A program made the position numbers and the translations under genes. Below are positions 55,513-64,000 of a stretch of DNA of 64,000 nucleotides, piece after piece. The DNA lies in contig OZ245838.1 in the NCBI GenBank assembly GCA_965228735.1, positions 256,001-320,000 on the forward strand, written 5' to 3'. How positions within the stretch are numbered: position 1 is the stretch's first letter; each line of letters starts with the position of its first letter. The notes beneath the pieces were generated by a model that ran no database searches, was not told the origin of the DNA, and saw only the letters and a list, made by a program, of their open reading frames with translations. This DNA comes from Planctomycetota bacterium. Its GTDB lineage: Bacteria; Planctomycetota; UBA1135; UBA2386.

Positions 55513-56669
55513 ACGTCCTGCGCGTCGTCGAGACCCTCAGGTCCGTGAACCCTTGGCCGCTGCTGTTCGCGGCGGCGCTCGCGCTCTGCGGCCTCACGTT
55601 CATCGGGTCGGCGACCAACGAGGACGCGCTGTTCGCGGTCCAGAGTCAGCGGCAGAGCCTGTTCCTCGCGTGCGGCATCGGCCTCGGGTTCTTCATGCTG
55701 CTGCCGCACTACGTGCACTACCTGCGCCTGAGCTGGGTGCTCTACGGCGGTTCGATCCTGGCGCTGCTCGGCCTGTTCGTGTTCGCGCCCGAGATCAACG
55801 GCTCGCGACGGTGGTATCCGATGCCCGGGTTCTCGATCCAGCCGAGCGAGTTCGCCAAGCTCGCGGTCGTGATGGCGCTCGCGGCGCTGCTGCGCTTCAA
55901 GAACCGGGCGCGCACGTTCGACGGCCTCATCGTGCCGATGATCGTCGCCGGCGTGCCGGCGCTGCTCATCATGCGGCAGCCGGATCTCGGCAGTTCGCTC
56001 GTGTTCGGCCCGGTGCTCCTTGCGATGTGCTACGCGGCCGGCGCGCCGGTGCGTTCGATCCTCGCGGTGCTCGGCATCGGGGTCGCCGTTGCGCTCCTCG
56101 GCTACTTCTACCTGCTGCATGGCTACCAGCAGGAACGCGTGACGGTCTGGCTGCAGCACTGGGGCTGGAGCGACGAAGCCCTGCAGGATCCGCAGGTGAA
56201 ACACGTGCTGCGCGGTCCCGGCTACCAGCCGTGGCAGGCGCTGATCGCGCTCGGCGGCGGTGGTGTCGCCGGGTTCGGCCTCGGGGAGGGGCCGCAGAAC
56301 CGCTACGACTTCCTGCCGTACCGCAGTGAGGACTACGTGTTCGCCGTCGTCGGCGAAGAGACGGGCTGGCTCGGCTGCCTGCTCGTGATCGGCATCGTCG
56401 CCGGCCTCGTGATCACGCTGCTGCAGGTCGCCCAACGCACGCGCGAACGCTTCGGCAAGCTCGTCTGCGTCGGCGTCGCGACCTGGATCGGCGCGCAGAG
56501 CCTCATGCACATCGCGGTCTGCGGCTGGCTCGTGCCGGCAACCGGCCTGCCGATGCCGCTCGTGAGTTACGGTGGCAGCTCCGCGCTCGCGACGACGATG
56601 GGTATCGCGCTCTGTGCCAACATCTCGGCGCGCCAGGAGCCGATCCTCGCGGGCGACGGTTACGCCTGA
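55509..56669 (+). CDS. rodA: SEDS peptidoglycan glycosyltransferase RodA
   Basis: NGSRRW, IQPSEFAK, QPDLG, GYQ, DYVFAVVGEE, TGLPMPLVSYGGSS; ATGA overlap with PBP2. Confidence 0.93.
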   Translation: MNVLRVVETLRSVNPWPLLFAAALALCGLTFIGSATNEDALFAVQSQRQSLFLACGIGLGFFMLLPHYVHYLRLSWVLYGGSILALLGLFVFAPEINGSRRWYPMPGFSIQPSEFAKLAVVMALAALLRFKNRARTFDGLIVPMIVAGVPALLIMRQPDLGSSLVFGPVLLAMCYAAGAPVRSILAVLGIGVAVALLGYFYLLHGYQQERVTVWLQHWGWSDEALQDPQVKHVLRGPGYQPWQALIALGGGGVAGFGLGEGPQNRYDFLPYRSEDYVFAVVGEETGWLGCLLVIGIVAGLVITLLQVAQRTRERFGKLVCVGVATWIGAQSLMHIAVCGWLVPATGLPMPLVSYGGSSALATTMGIALCANISARQEPILAGDGYA

Positions 56670-56674
56670 GGGCG

Positions 56675-58069
56675 TCAGCGGCGCGGCACGCGACGCAGGA
56701 CCAGGAGGCCGAACAGCAGCAGCCCGATCAGCACCGCGCCGCGCCAGAGCAGACCGTCGCCGATGGTCGCGCCGAGGTCGGCTGCGCTTCGTAGAGTCAC
56801 GTCGAGACGGCCGTCCGGTCCCGCCATGCCGTCGAACCGCTCGAGCAGCGCGGTGAGTTCGACACCGGCATCGCGCGCCGCGGCCGCGGTGTCGCGCAGG
56901 TCGTCGAGCTGCAACGGCGGCCGGCCGCGCGCGGGATCGCGGTCGAAGCGTTCGAGGACGCGATCGAGGGCCGTCGCCGTCGCGGTCAGCGCGTTCCCGG
57001 CCGCGGTCGCCTCGACGGCCGTCGCCTGCGCGCTCGTCAGCGTGGATTCGATCTCGTTCTGCAGGCGCTCCGTCTCGCTCAGGAGCGCGTCCCGCTCGGT
57101 GCGCACGCGGTCGAAGAAGTGATCCACCGCGGCCTCGCGCGCCCGCTCGACGTGCTGCGCGCCATCGGCCATGAGCTTCTGCACGGAGGTCTCGGCGGCA
57201 GCGAGCCAGCGGTCGCGTTCGGCATCGAGGTTCTCGAGCCGATCGGCGGCGCTCCTGGCGAGGCGCTCCGTCGCTCGGAGCGTCGCGCGCACGTCACGCA
57301 TCTCGGGCTGATCCGCCATGCGATACGCGGTCAGCTCGGCTTGTTGCCCGAGCAGGTAGGGGTATCGGCTCGCGAACCACATCGCCCGCTCGCCGAACAG
57401 CCGCGCGTCGTCGACCGCCGCCGTCGCCTCGCCGACCTCGGCGAGCAGCCCGGCCGCCTCGCCGCGCGCGACGACCGTCGACAGGTGGCGCTCCTCGGTG
57501 AAGTCCGAGAACCTCACGAACGCGACCACGGTCTGGTTCGGATGCTCCGCGATCCAGGTGCCGATGAGGCTTCTCAACCTGGCCTCCTGTTCGTCGTTCA
57601 CGACCTCGCGCGCGACCACCCACAGCGAGTCCTCGGCGGCCCGCATCCGCGCGATCGCCCGCGCCGCGCGCGCCGGCTGGATGCCCTTGGGCAGCCAGTG
57701 CTCGCGGAACGCCCACGACTGCAGCGAGCCGAGCACGAGCAGATCGAGCACGGCGACGTCGGGGTTGGGCCCGGCCGCGATGTCGAGCGCGGCGCCCATG
57801 CCGTTCCGCAAGAACGACAGCGCCAGCCAGCGCGCCGTGGGCTCGAGCGCCGCGCGATCGAGCATGAGATACACCGTCTCACCCAGCGCGGCGCTGTAGT
57901 CGTCTGCCATCTGCATCGCGATGGACTGCACTTCGAGCTCGGTGCGACTGTCACCGAAGTGGCGCGACGCGGCGTTCGTCGGCGAGCTCGTCGAGGAACA
58001 GCTCGTCAGGATCTGGGGCGAGGCGATCAGCAAGCACAGGCCGAGGCGCGTTCCGAGGTGACGGACCAT
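56675..58069 (-). CDS. Hypothetical lipoprotein, helical, with C-terminal TM helix
   Basis: Lipobox-like ILTSC after a hydrophobic stretch; C-terminal GAVLIGLLLFGLLVLRR. Confidence 0.75.
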   Translation of the reverse strand: MVRHLGTRLGLCLLIASPQILTSCSSTSSPTNAASRHFGDSRTELEVQSIAMQMADDYSAALGETVYLMLDRAALEPTARWLALSFLRNGMGAALDIAAGPNPDVAVLDLLVLGSLQSWAFREHWLPKGIQPARAARAIARMRAAEDSLWVVAREVVNDEQEARLRSLIGTWIAEHPNQTVVAFVRFSDFTEERHLSTVVARGEAAGLLAEVGEATAAVDDARLFGERAMWFASRYPYLLGQQAELTAYRMADQPEMRDVRATLRATERLARSAADRLENLDAERDRWLAAAETSVQKLMADGAQHVERAREAAVDHFFDRVRTERDALLSETERLQNEIESTLTSAQATAVEATAAGNALTATATALDRVLERFDRDPARGRPPLQLDDLRDTAAAARDAGVELTALLERFDGMAGPDGRLDVTLRSAADLGATIGDGLLWRGAVLIGLLLFGLLVLRRVPRR

Positions 58070-58179
58070 GGGGGGGACTGTAGCCAGACGACGGCGCGTT
58101 CCGGCGTGCCGTTCGTGGGCTCGCGTCGGGCCGGCGCTTCCCCGGGTGGGTTCGATCCACTAGCGTCGGCCGGCAGACG

Positions 58180-58797
58180 ATGACGCGTGCCAGAACGAGG
58201 ATCAGTGGAGCTGCCGTGCTCGTGTTCGCCGCCTGCGCCAGCGCGCCGACGGCGGACGAGATCGCCGCCGCCGAGATCGGGCCGCGGCCCGATCAGGCGG
58301 AGGCCGAGGCGCACGCGCTCCGTCTGTTGGCCGAGAACCAGCTGACCCGCGAGAGCTGCGACATCGAGTTCGTGCCGCTGCGCCGGGGCTACTATCGCCC
58401 GTCGTCGTTCGGTGGCGTCGAGTTCGGCTGGCAGCTCGATGTCCGGGTCGAACCGCACAGCAAGAAGCTGCGGCGAGCGGCCGGCAGCGGGGCCAACCGG
58501 TTCTTCTGGCGGGACGGCCGCTGCGTCGCGCACACGTTCGAGACGCGGATGTTCGACGGCTCGCGGCGGGTCACGACGCTGGTGCTCGCCGAGGACGAGA
58601 CGAAGGACGTTGCGGTCCCGACGCCGCAGCCGGCGAACGCCGCGGGCGGCCGGGTCGCGGAGCTGCTCGCCCGGCGCGACATGCTCCGCGACATGCGCTA
58701 CGAAGCGCAGGATGACGCCGCGCAGGTCGCCGCCATCGATGCGCTGCTGACGGCGGTCGACCGCGAACTCAAAGCCGCGGGCTACGACGGTCGTTGA
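58180..58797 (+). CDS. Hypothetical lipoprotein
   Basis: MTRARTRISGAAVLVFAAC lipobox; host-like codon bias; 205 aa. Confidence 0.7.
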   Translation: MTRARTRISGAAVLVFAACASAPTADEIAAAEIGPRPDQAEAEAHALRLLAENQLTRESCDIEFVPLRRGYYRPSSFGGVEFGWQLDVRVEPHSKKLRRAAGSGANRFFWRDGRCVAHTFETRMFDGSRRVTTLVLAEDETKDVAVPTPQPANAAGGRVAELLARRDMLRDMRYEAQDDAAQVAAIDALLTAVDRELKAAGYDGR

Positions 58798-58807
58798 GCC
58801 GGCAACG

Positions 58808-59593
58808 TTACCTGCCGCCGCCCTTCTTGGCCTCGCCCTGCTTGTTCTTCAGGTAGGCCTCCCAGTACTTGCGGTACTTCTGCGGCACCTTCGGCGTCGA
58901 GCCGCGGTTCTTCAGTGAGTTCAGGTACGGCTGCAGCTCACCCCAGGTCTCCGCGCCCGTGCCGCGCTTGCCGGCGCCGGTGGCACCTTCGGGCGGTTGT
59001 TGTCCGGGGCGGTTCTGGCCCGGCGCGTTGCTCTCCTGGCCGCCCTGCGGGCGGCCGTCCTGCGGCTGGTTCTGTTGACCGGGCTTCTGGCCCTGTTGCT
59101 GTTGGCCCTGCTGCTCGCCGGGCTTCTGCCCCTGTTGTTGACCCTGCTGGTCCTGGCCTTCCTGGGGCACGATGTCGGGGGTCTGGTTCTCGCGGCGGTT
59201 CCGCTGACCCTGCTGGCCCTGCTGCTGTTGCTGCTGGTCCTGCTGTTGATCCTGCTGCTGTTGGTCGCGCTGGCTCTGGTCCTGCTGATCCTGCTGCGAG
59301 TTGCTGCTCTGGCCGCCGCTGTTCTTGAGCTCCGTGAGCTTCTCGATGAGCTCGTCGATGCTCTTCTGCGCCTCGGCGTTCTGCTGTTGCGATTGCTCGA
59401 GCAGCTCGACGGGCTTGCTGCGGGCCTGTTGCTTGTTGCTCGACTCGAGCAGCAGGCGGTCGACCTCCTTGAGCTGCTCGCTCGTGCGCTCGGCGATCTC
59501 CTGGATCTCGCGCATCGTTTCGCCCTGGGCGCGCAGATTGCCGACGCCGAGAGCCGTCGCGAGAACGAACGTGGTCGCGGTGAGTGCCTTCAT
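58808..59593 (-). CDS. Exported Gln-rich protein with DUF4175-like C-terminal motif
   Basis: SD CAGGAG; signal peptide; Q-rich linker; WGEL and VPQKYRKYWEAYLK. Confidence 0.8.
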   Translation of the reverse strand: MKALTATTFVLATALGVGNLRAQGETMREIQEIAERTSEQLKEVDRLLLESSNKQQARSKPVELLEQSQQQNAEAQKSIDELIEKLTELKNSGGQSSNSQQDQQDQSQRDQQQQDQQQDQQQQQQGQQGQRNRRENQTPDIVPQEGQDQQGQQQGQKPGEQQGQQQQGQKPGQQNQPQDGRPQGGQESNAPGQNRPGQQPPEGATGAGKRGTGAETWGELQPYLNSLKNRGSTPKVPQKYRKYWEAYLKNKQGEAKKGGGR

Positions 59594-59627
59594 CGTGATC
59601 TCCTGGGTGTGTCCTTGCTGATTCGAT

Positions 59628-62567
59628 CTACCGACCGCGGTCCTCGCCGTCCTGGCCGCCGCCCTGCTGGTCCTGCATCGACTGCATCGTCTCTTCGACG
59701 GCAGCCTTGATCGCGAGGAACAGCTTGGTGATCTCCGCGTGGCGGTGGGCGAGGCGCTCGACGAGCGCGCCCTCCGACTCGGTGATGCGTTCGTCGCCGC
59801 GCGAGCTGATCAGCAGGTGCAGGTCACGGTTGCTGCGCTCGGTATCGGCGAGCAGCTGCTTCAGCATCTCGAGCTCGGCGATGAGCCCGACGAGGCGTTC
59901 GCGCTGCGGGTTGAACTTGTTCTCGCCCTGCTGGTCGCCCTGCTGCTCCTGCTTCTCCTTGCGTTCCTGCTCGCGGCGCTTCTGTTCGCGCTCGAGAGCG
60001 GCCAGCAGGTCCTCGCTGCGGCGCTCGACGTCCTCCTGCATCAGCGTCGTGAAGGAGCCGACGTCGGGGCGCCGGCCGCTCAGTCGATCGCCGATCTCGC
60101 GCAGGTCCTCGAAGTTGCTGCGCAGCACGGTCTGGTAGACCATGTTGCCCTCGTCGGTCAGGGCCTGAACGAGGAAGTCGATCCGCGTCGCCAGCTCGAA
60201 CTCCTCCTCGCCGAGCTGGTTCAGCTTGCGGCGCATCGGGCGCGACAGCCGACCGTTCTCGGCGACCTGCTGCGCTTCCTTCGTCTGCTGCGTGATCGGG
60301 CGCTGCTTCTCGAGGAACGCGAGCAGCTCTTCCTTCATCTTGAAGAGCAGCTCCTCCTGGCGCAGGTCCTGGTAGCGGTCGCGCTCCTCCTCGAGCTCCT
60401 GGGCCGCCTCTTCGAGCTTCTGGCGGGCCTCTTCCTGCTGCTCGCGGGTCTCCTCCTGGTCGCCGCGTTCCATCGCCTCCTGCGCGCGCTGCGCGGCTTC
60501 GGCGGCCTCGTCGAGCTTCTGCTTCGCGCGCTGCTGCTCCTGCTCCTCGAGCATCTTCGCCAGCTGCACGATGTCGTCCTTGAGCTCCTCCTGGCGCTTG
60601 GCCTCGGCCGCGAGCTGTTCCTTCTGCGCCTCGTTCATCGGGCGGTTCTGCTGCATCTGCTGCGCCGCCTGCTGCAGCTGGTCCGCGGCCTGCTCCTGCT
60701 GCTGTGCCGCGTTGCTCTGCTGCCCGTTCTGCAGGCTCTCGGCGGCCTGCTGCATGCTCTGCTGCGCGCTCTTCATCGCCTGCTGCGCCTGCTTGGCCTG
60801 CTGCGGCGACAGCTGGCCGTTCTCGACGGCGTCACGCATGGCCTCCGCGGCCGCCTTGGCCTGCTCGGCGAGCTCCTGCTGGCGCTCGGCGGCGGCCTGC
60901 AGGTCGGCCTCGCGGCCCTCGGTTGCCTGATCCAGCGCCTTCTCGAGCGTCGCCTTGGCCTGCTCGAGGTCGTCACGCGCGTTCTCGGCGGCGTTGGTCG
61001 CGTCCGTGCGGTTGCCTTCCTGACGGGCCTGCTTGACCTGGTTCTGGATGTCGCGCAGCGTCTCGGCGGCCTGCTGCAGGTCGTCGCTGGCTCGTTGCTC
61101 AGCGCTTTCGGCGCTCGGTGAGTTCGCGAGCTCCTCCGCTGCGGCCTTCGACTCGGCCGCCATGCGCGCGGCCAGCTGCTCGGCGTCGGGGTTGGCCTCG
61201 GCGTGCTGGCGGCGGGCGCGTTCGAGCTGGGTCAACGCGCGGTCGACCTGCTGCCGCGCCTTCTGCGTGTCGCCCTGAGCCGCGGACTCGCGCGCCTTCT
61301 CGAGGGCCTCCGCGGCCGCGGTCAGCGATTCGCCAGCTGGCGAGCTCTTCTCGCCGGCCTTCGGCGGTTCTTCCGGCTCGCCGCCGGCGGCTGCGTTCGC
61401 TTCGGCCTGACGCTCACGGTGCTCGGCGTCGAGCCGCTCCGCGATCGCCTTGGCGCGTTCCGCGAGTCGCTCGCCCGCCTCGATGTTGCGCGCGGTCGTC
61501 TCTTCGCCGCGTTCGTTCGCGAGCTCCTGACCACGCTTCGCGAGGTCGCCGAGCTCCTGGCGTTCGGCCTCGGTCTCGCCGGCGGGGGCGGAGCGCAGCT
61601 CCTTGCCGAGCTCGGCCCACTTCGGATCCGTGCGTTCGCCCGCGAGGCCGTTGTCCGGGATCTTGGGCGCGTCGTTCGCGAGCGCCTCGAGCCGGTTCTT
61701 GCTCTGCTGCACCGCGGCCGTGTCGTTGCCCTCGGTCTGCCGGCCGAACTCCGTGGCCGCTTCGCCGAGCTCGCGTTGGCGCTCCTGGTTGCGCACGTCG
61801 CGCGCCAGGTCGCGAGTCTGCTGGATGAGCTCCCCGAGGTCGAACTGGCTCTGCTGCTGCGTCGATTGCCGCGTACCGGCCTCTTCCTCGAGCGCGCGGT
61901 CGAGGCGGCCACTCTGGTCGAGCAGCTTGTTGACGCGGTCGAGGGCGGACTCGAGGAACGGTCGCCGCATGCCCGCGTCGCGGTTGTTGCGCTCGGCTTC
62001 GCCGCGCTCGCGGTCCGCGAGGTTGCCGAGCTGGTCGAGCAGCTCGCGCTCCGCTGCAGTCGGCTCCGCCATGAGCGCGTCGTTCGTCGCCTGCTGCAGC
62101 TCGCGCTGGCGCTTCTCGAGCTCGCGCGCCGCGAGCGCGCGCTCCGCGGCGAGCTTCTCGAGCTCCGCGATCGACTCGACCGACCGGCGGTCGAGCAGGA
62201 TGTCGAGCAGCTTCTCGAGGTTCTGCACGACGTTGCGCTGCTTGCGAACGGCTTCGCTGAACGCCGTCGCGCTGAGGTCGTCGCGGATGCTGGCCGCATC
62301 GCGCAGCAGCTGGGCTTCCTGGATGTGCTGCAGGCCCGCCTCGAGCAGATCGACCTGCTCCTTCTTGCCCTCGCGCTCGTAGCGCGTCTTGAGCCGCTGC
62401 ATGAGCGCTTCGAGGCGCTCGCTCTTGCGCAGGATCTCCTGCTGTTCCTTGCGCAGCCGCTCGAGCTGTTCGGGGTCGACCTGCGCCGCGGCGACGTCGG
62501 CGAACACGCCGGTCGCGGTCAGCGTGAGCAGGGCGGAGATCAGCAGGGTCGTCTTGCGTGCCATCAT
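59628..62567 (-). CDS. Large exported coiled-coil protein (DUF4175-like)
   Basis: Signal peptide; E/Q/A-rich helical repeats; LIAELEMLK near the C-terminus; 979 aa. Confidence 0.8.
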   Translation of the reverse strand: MMARKTTLLISALLTLTATGVFADVAAAQVDPEQLERLRKEQQEILRKSERLEALMQRLKTRYEREGKKEQVDLLEAGLQHIQEAQLLRDAASIRDDLSATAFSEAVRKQRNVVQNLEKLLDILLDRRSVESIAELEKLAAERALAARELEKRQRELQQATNDALMAEPTAAERELLDQLGNLADRERGEAERNNRDAGMRRPFLESALDRVNKLLDQSGRLDRALEEEAGTRQSTQQQSQFDLGELIQQTRDLARDVRNQERQRELGEAATEFGRQTEGNDTAAVQQSKNRLEALANDAPKIPDNGLAGERTDPKWAELGKELRSAPAGETEAERQELGDLAKRGQELANERGEETTARNIEAGERLAERAKAIAERLDAEHRERQAEANAAAGGEPEEPPKAGEKSSPAGESLTAAAEALEKARESAAQGDTQKARQQVDRALTQLERARRQHAEANPDAEQLAARMAAESKAAAEELANSPSAESAEQRASDDLQQAAETLRDIQNQVKQARQEGNRTDATNAAENARDDLEQAKATLEKALDQATEGREADLQAAAERQQELAEQAKAAAEAMRDAVENGQLSPQQAKQAQQAMKSAQQSMQQAAESLQNGQQSNAAQQQEQAADQLQQAAQQMQQNRPMNEAQKEQLAAEAKRQEELKDDIVQLAKMLEEQEQQRAKQKLDEAAEAAQRAQEAMERGDQEETREQQEEARQKLEEAAQELEEERDRYQDLRQEELLFKMKEELLAFLEKQRPITQQTKEAQQVAENGRLSRPMRRKLNQLGEEEFELATRIDFLVQALTDEGNMVYQTVLRSNFEDLREIGDRLSGRRPDVGSFTTLMQEDVERRSEDLLAALEREQKRREQERKEKQEQQGDQQGENKFNPQRERLVGLIAELEMLKQLLADTERSNRDLHLLISSRGDERITESEGALVERLAHRHAEITKLFLAIKAAVEETMQSMQDQQGGGQDGEDRGR

Positions 62568-64000
62568 TTGCCTCGCAGTTCTTCCGTTCGCAGCTGGAGG
62601 TCACGCTGCCGGTCGCGCAGTGCGCGCGCTTCCTGCACCGTGTCCTGGTAGTCGTTCCATTCCTCGAGGCGGCTCAGCAGGATCTGCAGCGCCTCGGCGA
62701 TGTCTTGTTGTTGCTCGAGGGCGAGCTGCAGCAGCGTCGCGCGGTCGGCGGGCTTGCAGACCTGCGCCTCCGCGAGCGTGCGGGCAGCGCCCGGGACCGC
62801 GATGTTCGCCATCCCGTCGACGATCGCGATCATGGACAGGACCGGGTCGAGCGCGGTCTCCATCGCGCCGAGCGTGCCGGCCTTGCGACGTTCGAACAGG
62901 TCGCGGTAGAACGCCGGGTCGCGCGCGAGCGCTTCCTCGAGCGTGCTGCTGTGCTGGCGATAGAGGTCGATCACGAGCGCCGCGTTGGGGCTCGGGTCGA
63001 GGCGGTTCCACAGGTGGGCGTCGAACGCCGCCATGAGACCTTGGTGCAGCCGCTCGCAGCTGCTCAAGACCCGGCTCTGACCGACCTCGACGGCGCTCAG
63101 CGTCTGCGCGAAGCCGAGCGGTGTCACGTCGTCCTGTTCGGCCAGCTCCTCGAGGCGGAGCCGCCGGTCGATCTGGATGTCGAGGGCCTGGCTCGTCTCC
63201 TCGCGCATCCGCCGGAACGACTTCGCGATCGAGTCCGCGAGCTGCTGCGCATCGACGATCTGCACGATGCGGCGCGGCAGCTGGACCTCGCCGGCCTCGG
63301 GCGCGCAGTTGTCGGTAATCGTGAGCTGCAGCGCGAGGCTGTCGTTGCCCTGGCTGCTGCCGACGAGTTCGCTGACCTCGAAGATCTCGGTGAGCACGGC
63401 CTTGTTCGGGCGCGGGCCACCGCCCTCGGAGCGCGGGAGCAGGTCCTGGGTTCGGACTTCGGTGCCGGCGCGGTCGATCGCGAGCGTGACGGACGCGAGC
63501 CCGAAGTCGTCGCGCGCTTCGCCGCGGATGCAGAGCAGGCCGGTGGGGAGCAGCAGCGCGGTCTCGTTGCCGGGCAGCAGCCAGCGCCCGACGGGGGCGT
63601 AGTCCTTGAGGGCGCTGATCGGGTAGGTGCCCGGGTTGGGGTTCTTGAGCTCGTTGTCGCCGACGAGATCGATCTGGTAGCGGTCGGGTCCCTGCACGAC
63701 GAACTCGGCGCGCAGAGCCGTTCTGGTGCCGTTCTCGTCCTCGATCGTCGTCGGCGCGAGGTCGAGCTCGCGGCCGCTCTCGAGGAACACCATGCGCGCG
63801 CTCTGCACGGCCGCTGTCGTCGTCACGAACAGCTCGACGCCGCTGCCGACGAGGGCTTCCACCGCGCCGCCGAGCTGCTCGACCTGGGCGACGCCCGTGT
63901 ACGCGGGCGGCTGCACGTTGGCGCGGATCGTTGCGACCTGCGGCGGGCGCACGGTCGTCACGCGCACGAGCAGGTCACCGTTCTCGTCGTCGCCGCCGCG
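62564..64000 (-). CDS. DUF4175-like protein (5' end beyond window)
   Basis: Frame open to the window end; GGDD, PPAYTG, EALVGS, ARDDFGL motifs; stop overlaps the next start. Confidence 0.75.
   Translation of the reverse strand, partial: RGGDDENGDLLVRVTTVRPPQVATIRANVQPPAYTGVAQVEQLGGAVEALVGSGVELFVTTTAAVQSARMVFLESGRELDLAPTTIEDENGTRTALRAEFVVQGPDRYQIDLVGDNELKNPNPGTYPISALKDYAPVGRWLLPGNETALLLPTGLLCIRGEARDDFGLASVTLAIDRAGTEVRTQDLLPRSEGGGPRPNKAVLTEIFEVSELVGSSQGNDSLALQLTITDNCAPEAGEVQLPRRIVQIVDAQQLADSIAKSFRRMREETSQALDIQIDRRLRLEELAEQDDVTPLGFAQTLSAVEVGQSRVLSSCERLHQGLMAAFDAHLWNRLDPSPNAALVIDLYRQHSSTLEEALARDPAFYRDLFERRKAGTLGAMETALDPVLSMIAIVDGMANIAVPGAARTLAEAQVCKPADRATLLQLALEQQQDIAEALQILLSRLEEWNDYQDTVQEARALRDRQRDLQLRTEELRGK

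Noticed and set aside
59060..59300. CTG/CAG-rich tandem repeat
   Set aside because: Explained by the Gln-rich linker of the encoded protein; not an independent DNA repeat.

Overview
High-GC bacterial chromosomal window, mostly housekeeping, envelope and signalling genes. A Planctomycetota origin is inferred from a planctomycete-type cytochrome c domain, secretin-like repeats, DUF4175-like proteins and a GGTGCCAGGCACC palindrome; no rRNA marker is present. In order: an HDOD + PP2C pair; a minus-strand run of ECF sigma, zinc-finger anti-sigma, tandem secretin-like protein and rpoN; an orphan short PilC/GspF; dcd and fadE; a lower-GC islet where an intact IS256-family element (IRs and 8-bp TSD visible) splits a Cys-rich secreted protein gene; an amidase/PG-amidase/GNAT operon; SMUG1; a second ECF sigma with a sigma54-like promoter; a WaaP-like kinase-methyltransferase fusion beside a GT4; a pilB-pilT-pilB-folE operon; tRNA-Met(CAT) and a candidate CCUCC-rich sRNA; moeA-lnt; a coiled-coil membrane protein and an unannotated 53-aa membrane peptide ahead of a complete mreB-mreC(tandem-domain)-mreD-mrdA-rodA operon; and a DUF4175-like cluster running off the end. 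Best candidates for undescribed biology are the ECF/anti-sigma/double-secretin module, the modified elongasome locus and the candidate sRNA. All family calls come from motif recognition by eye; no searches were run.
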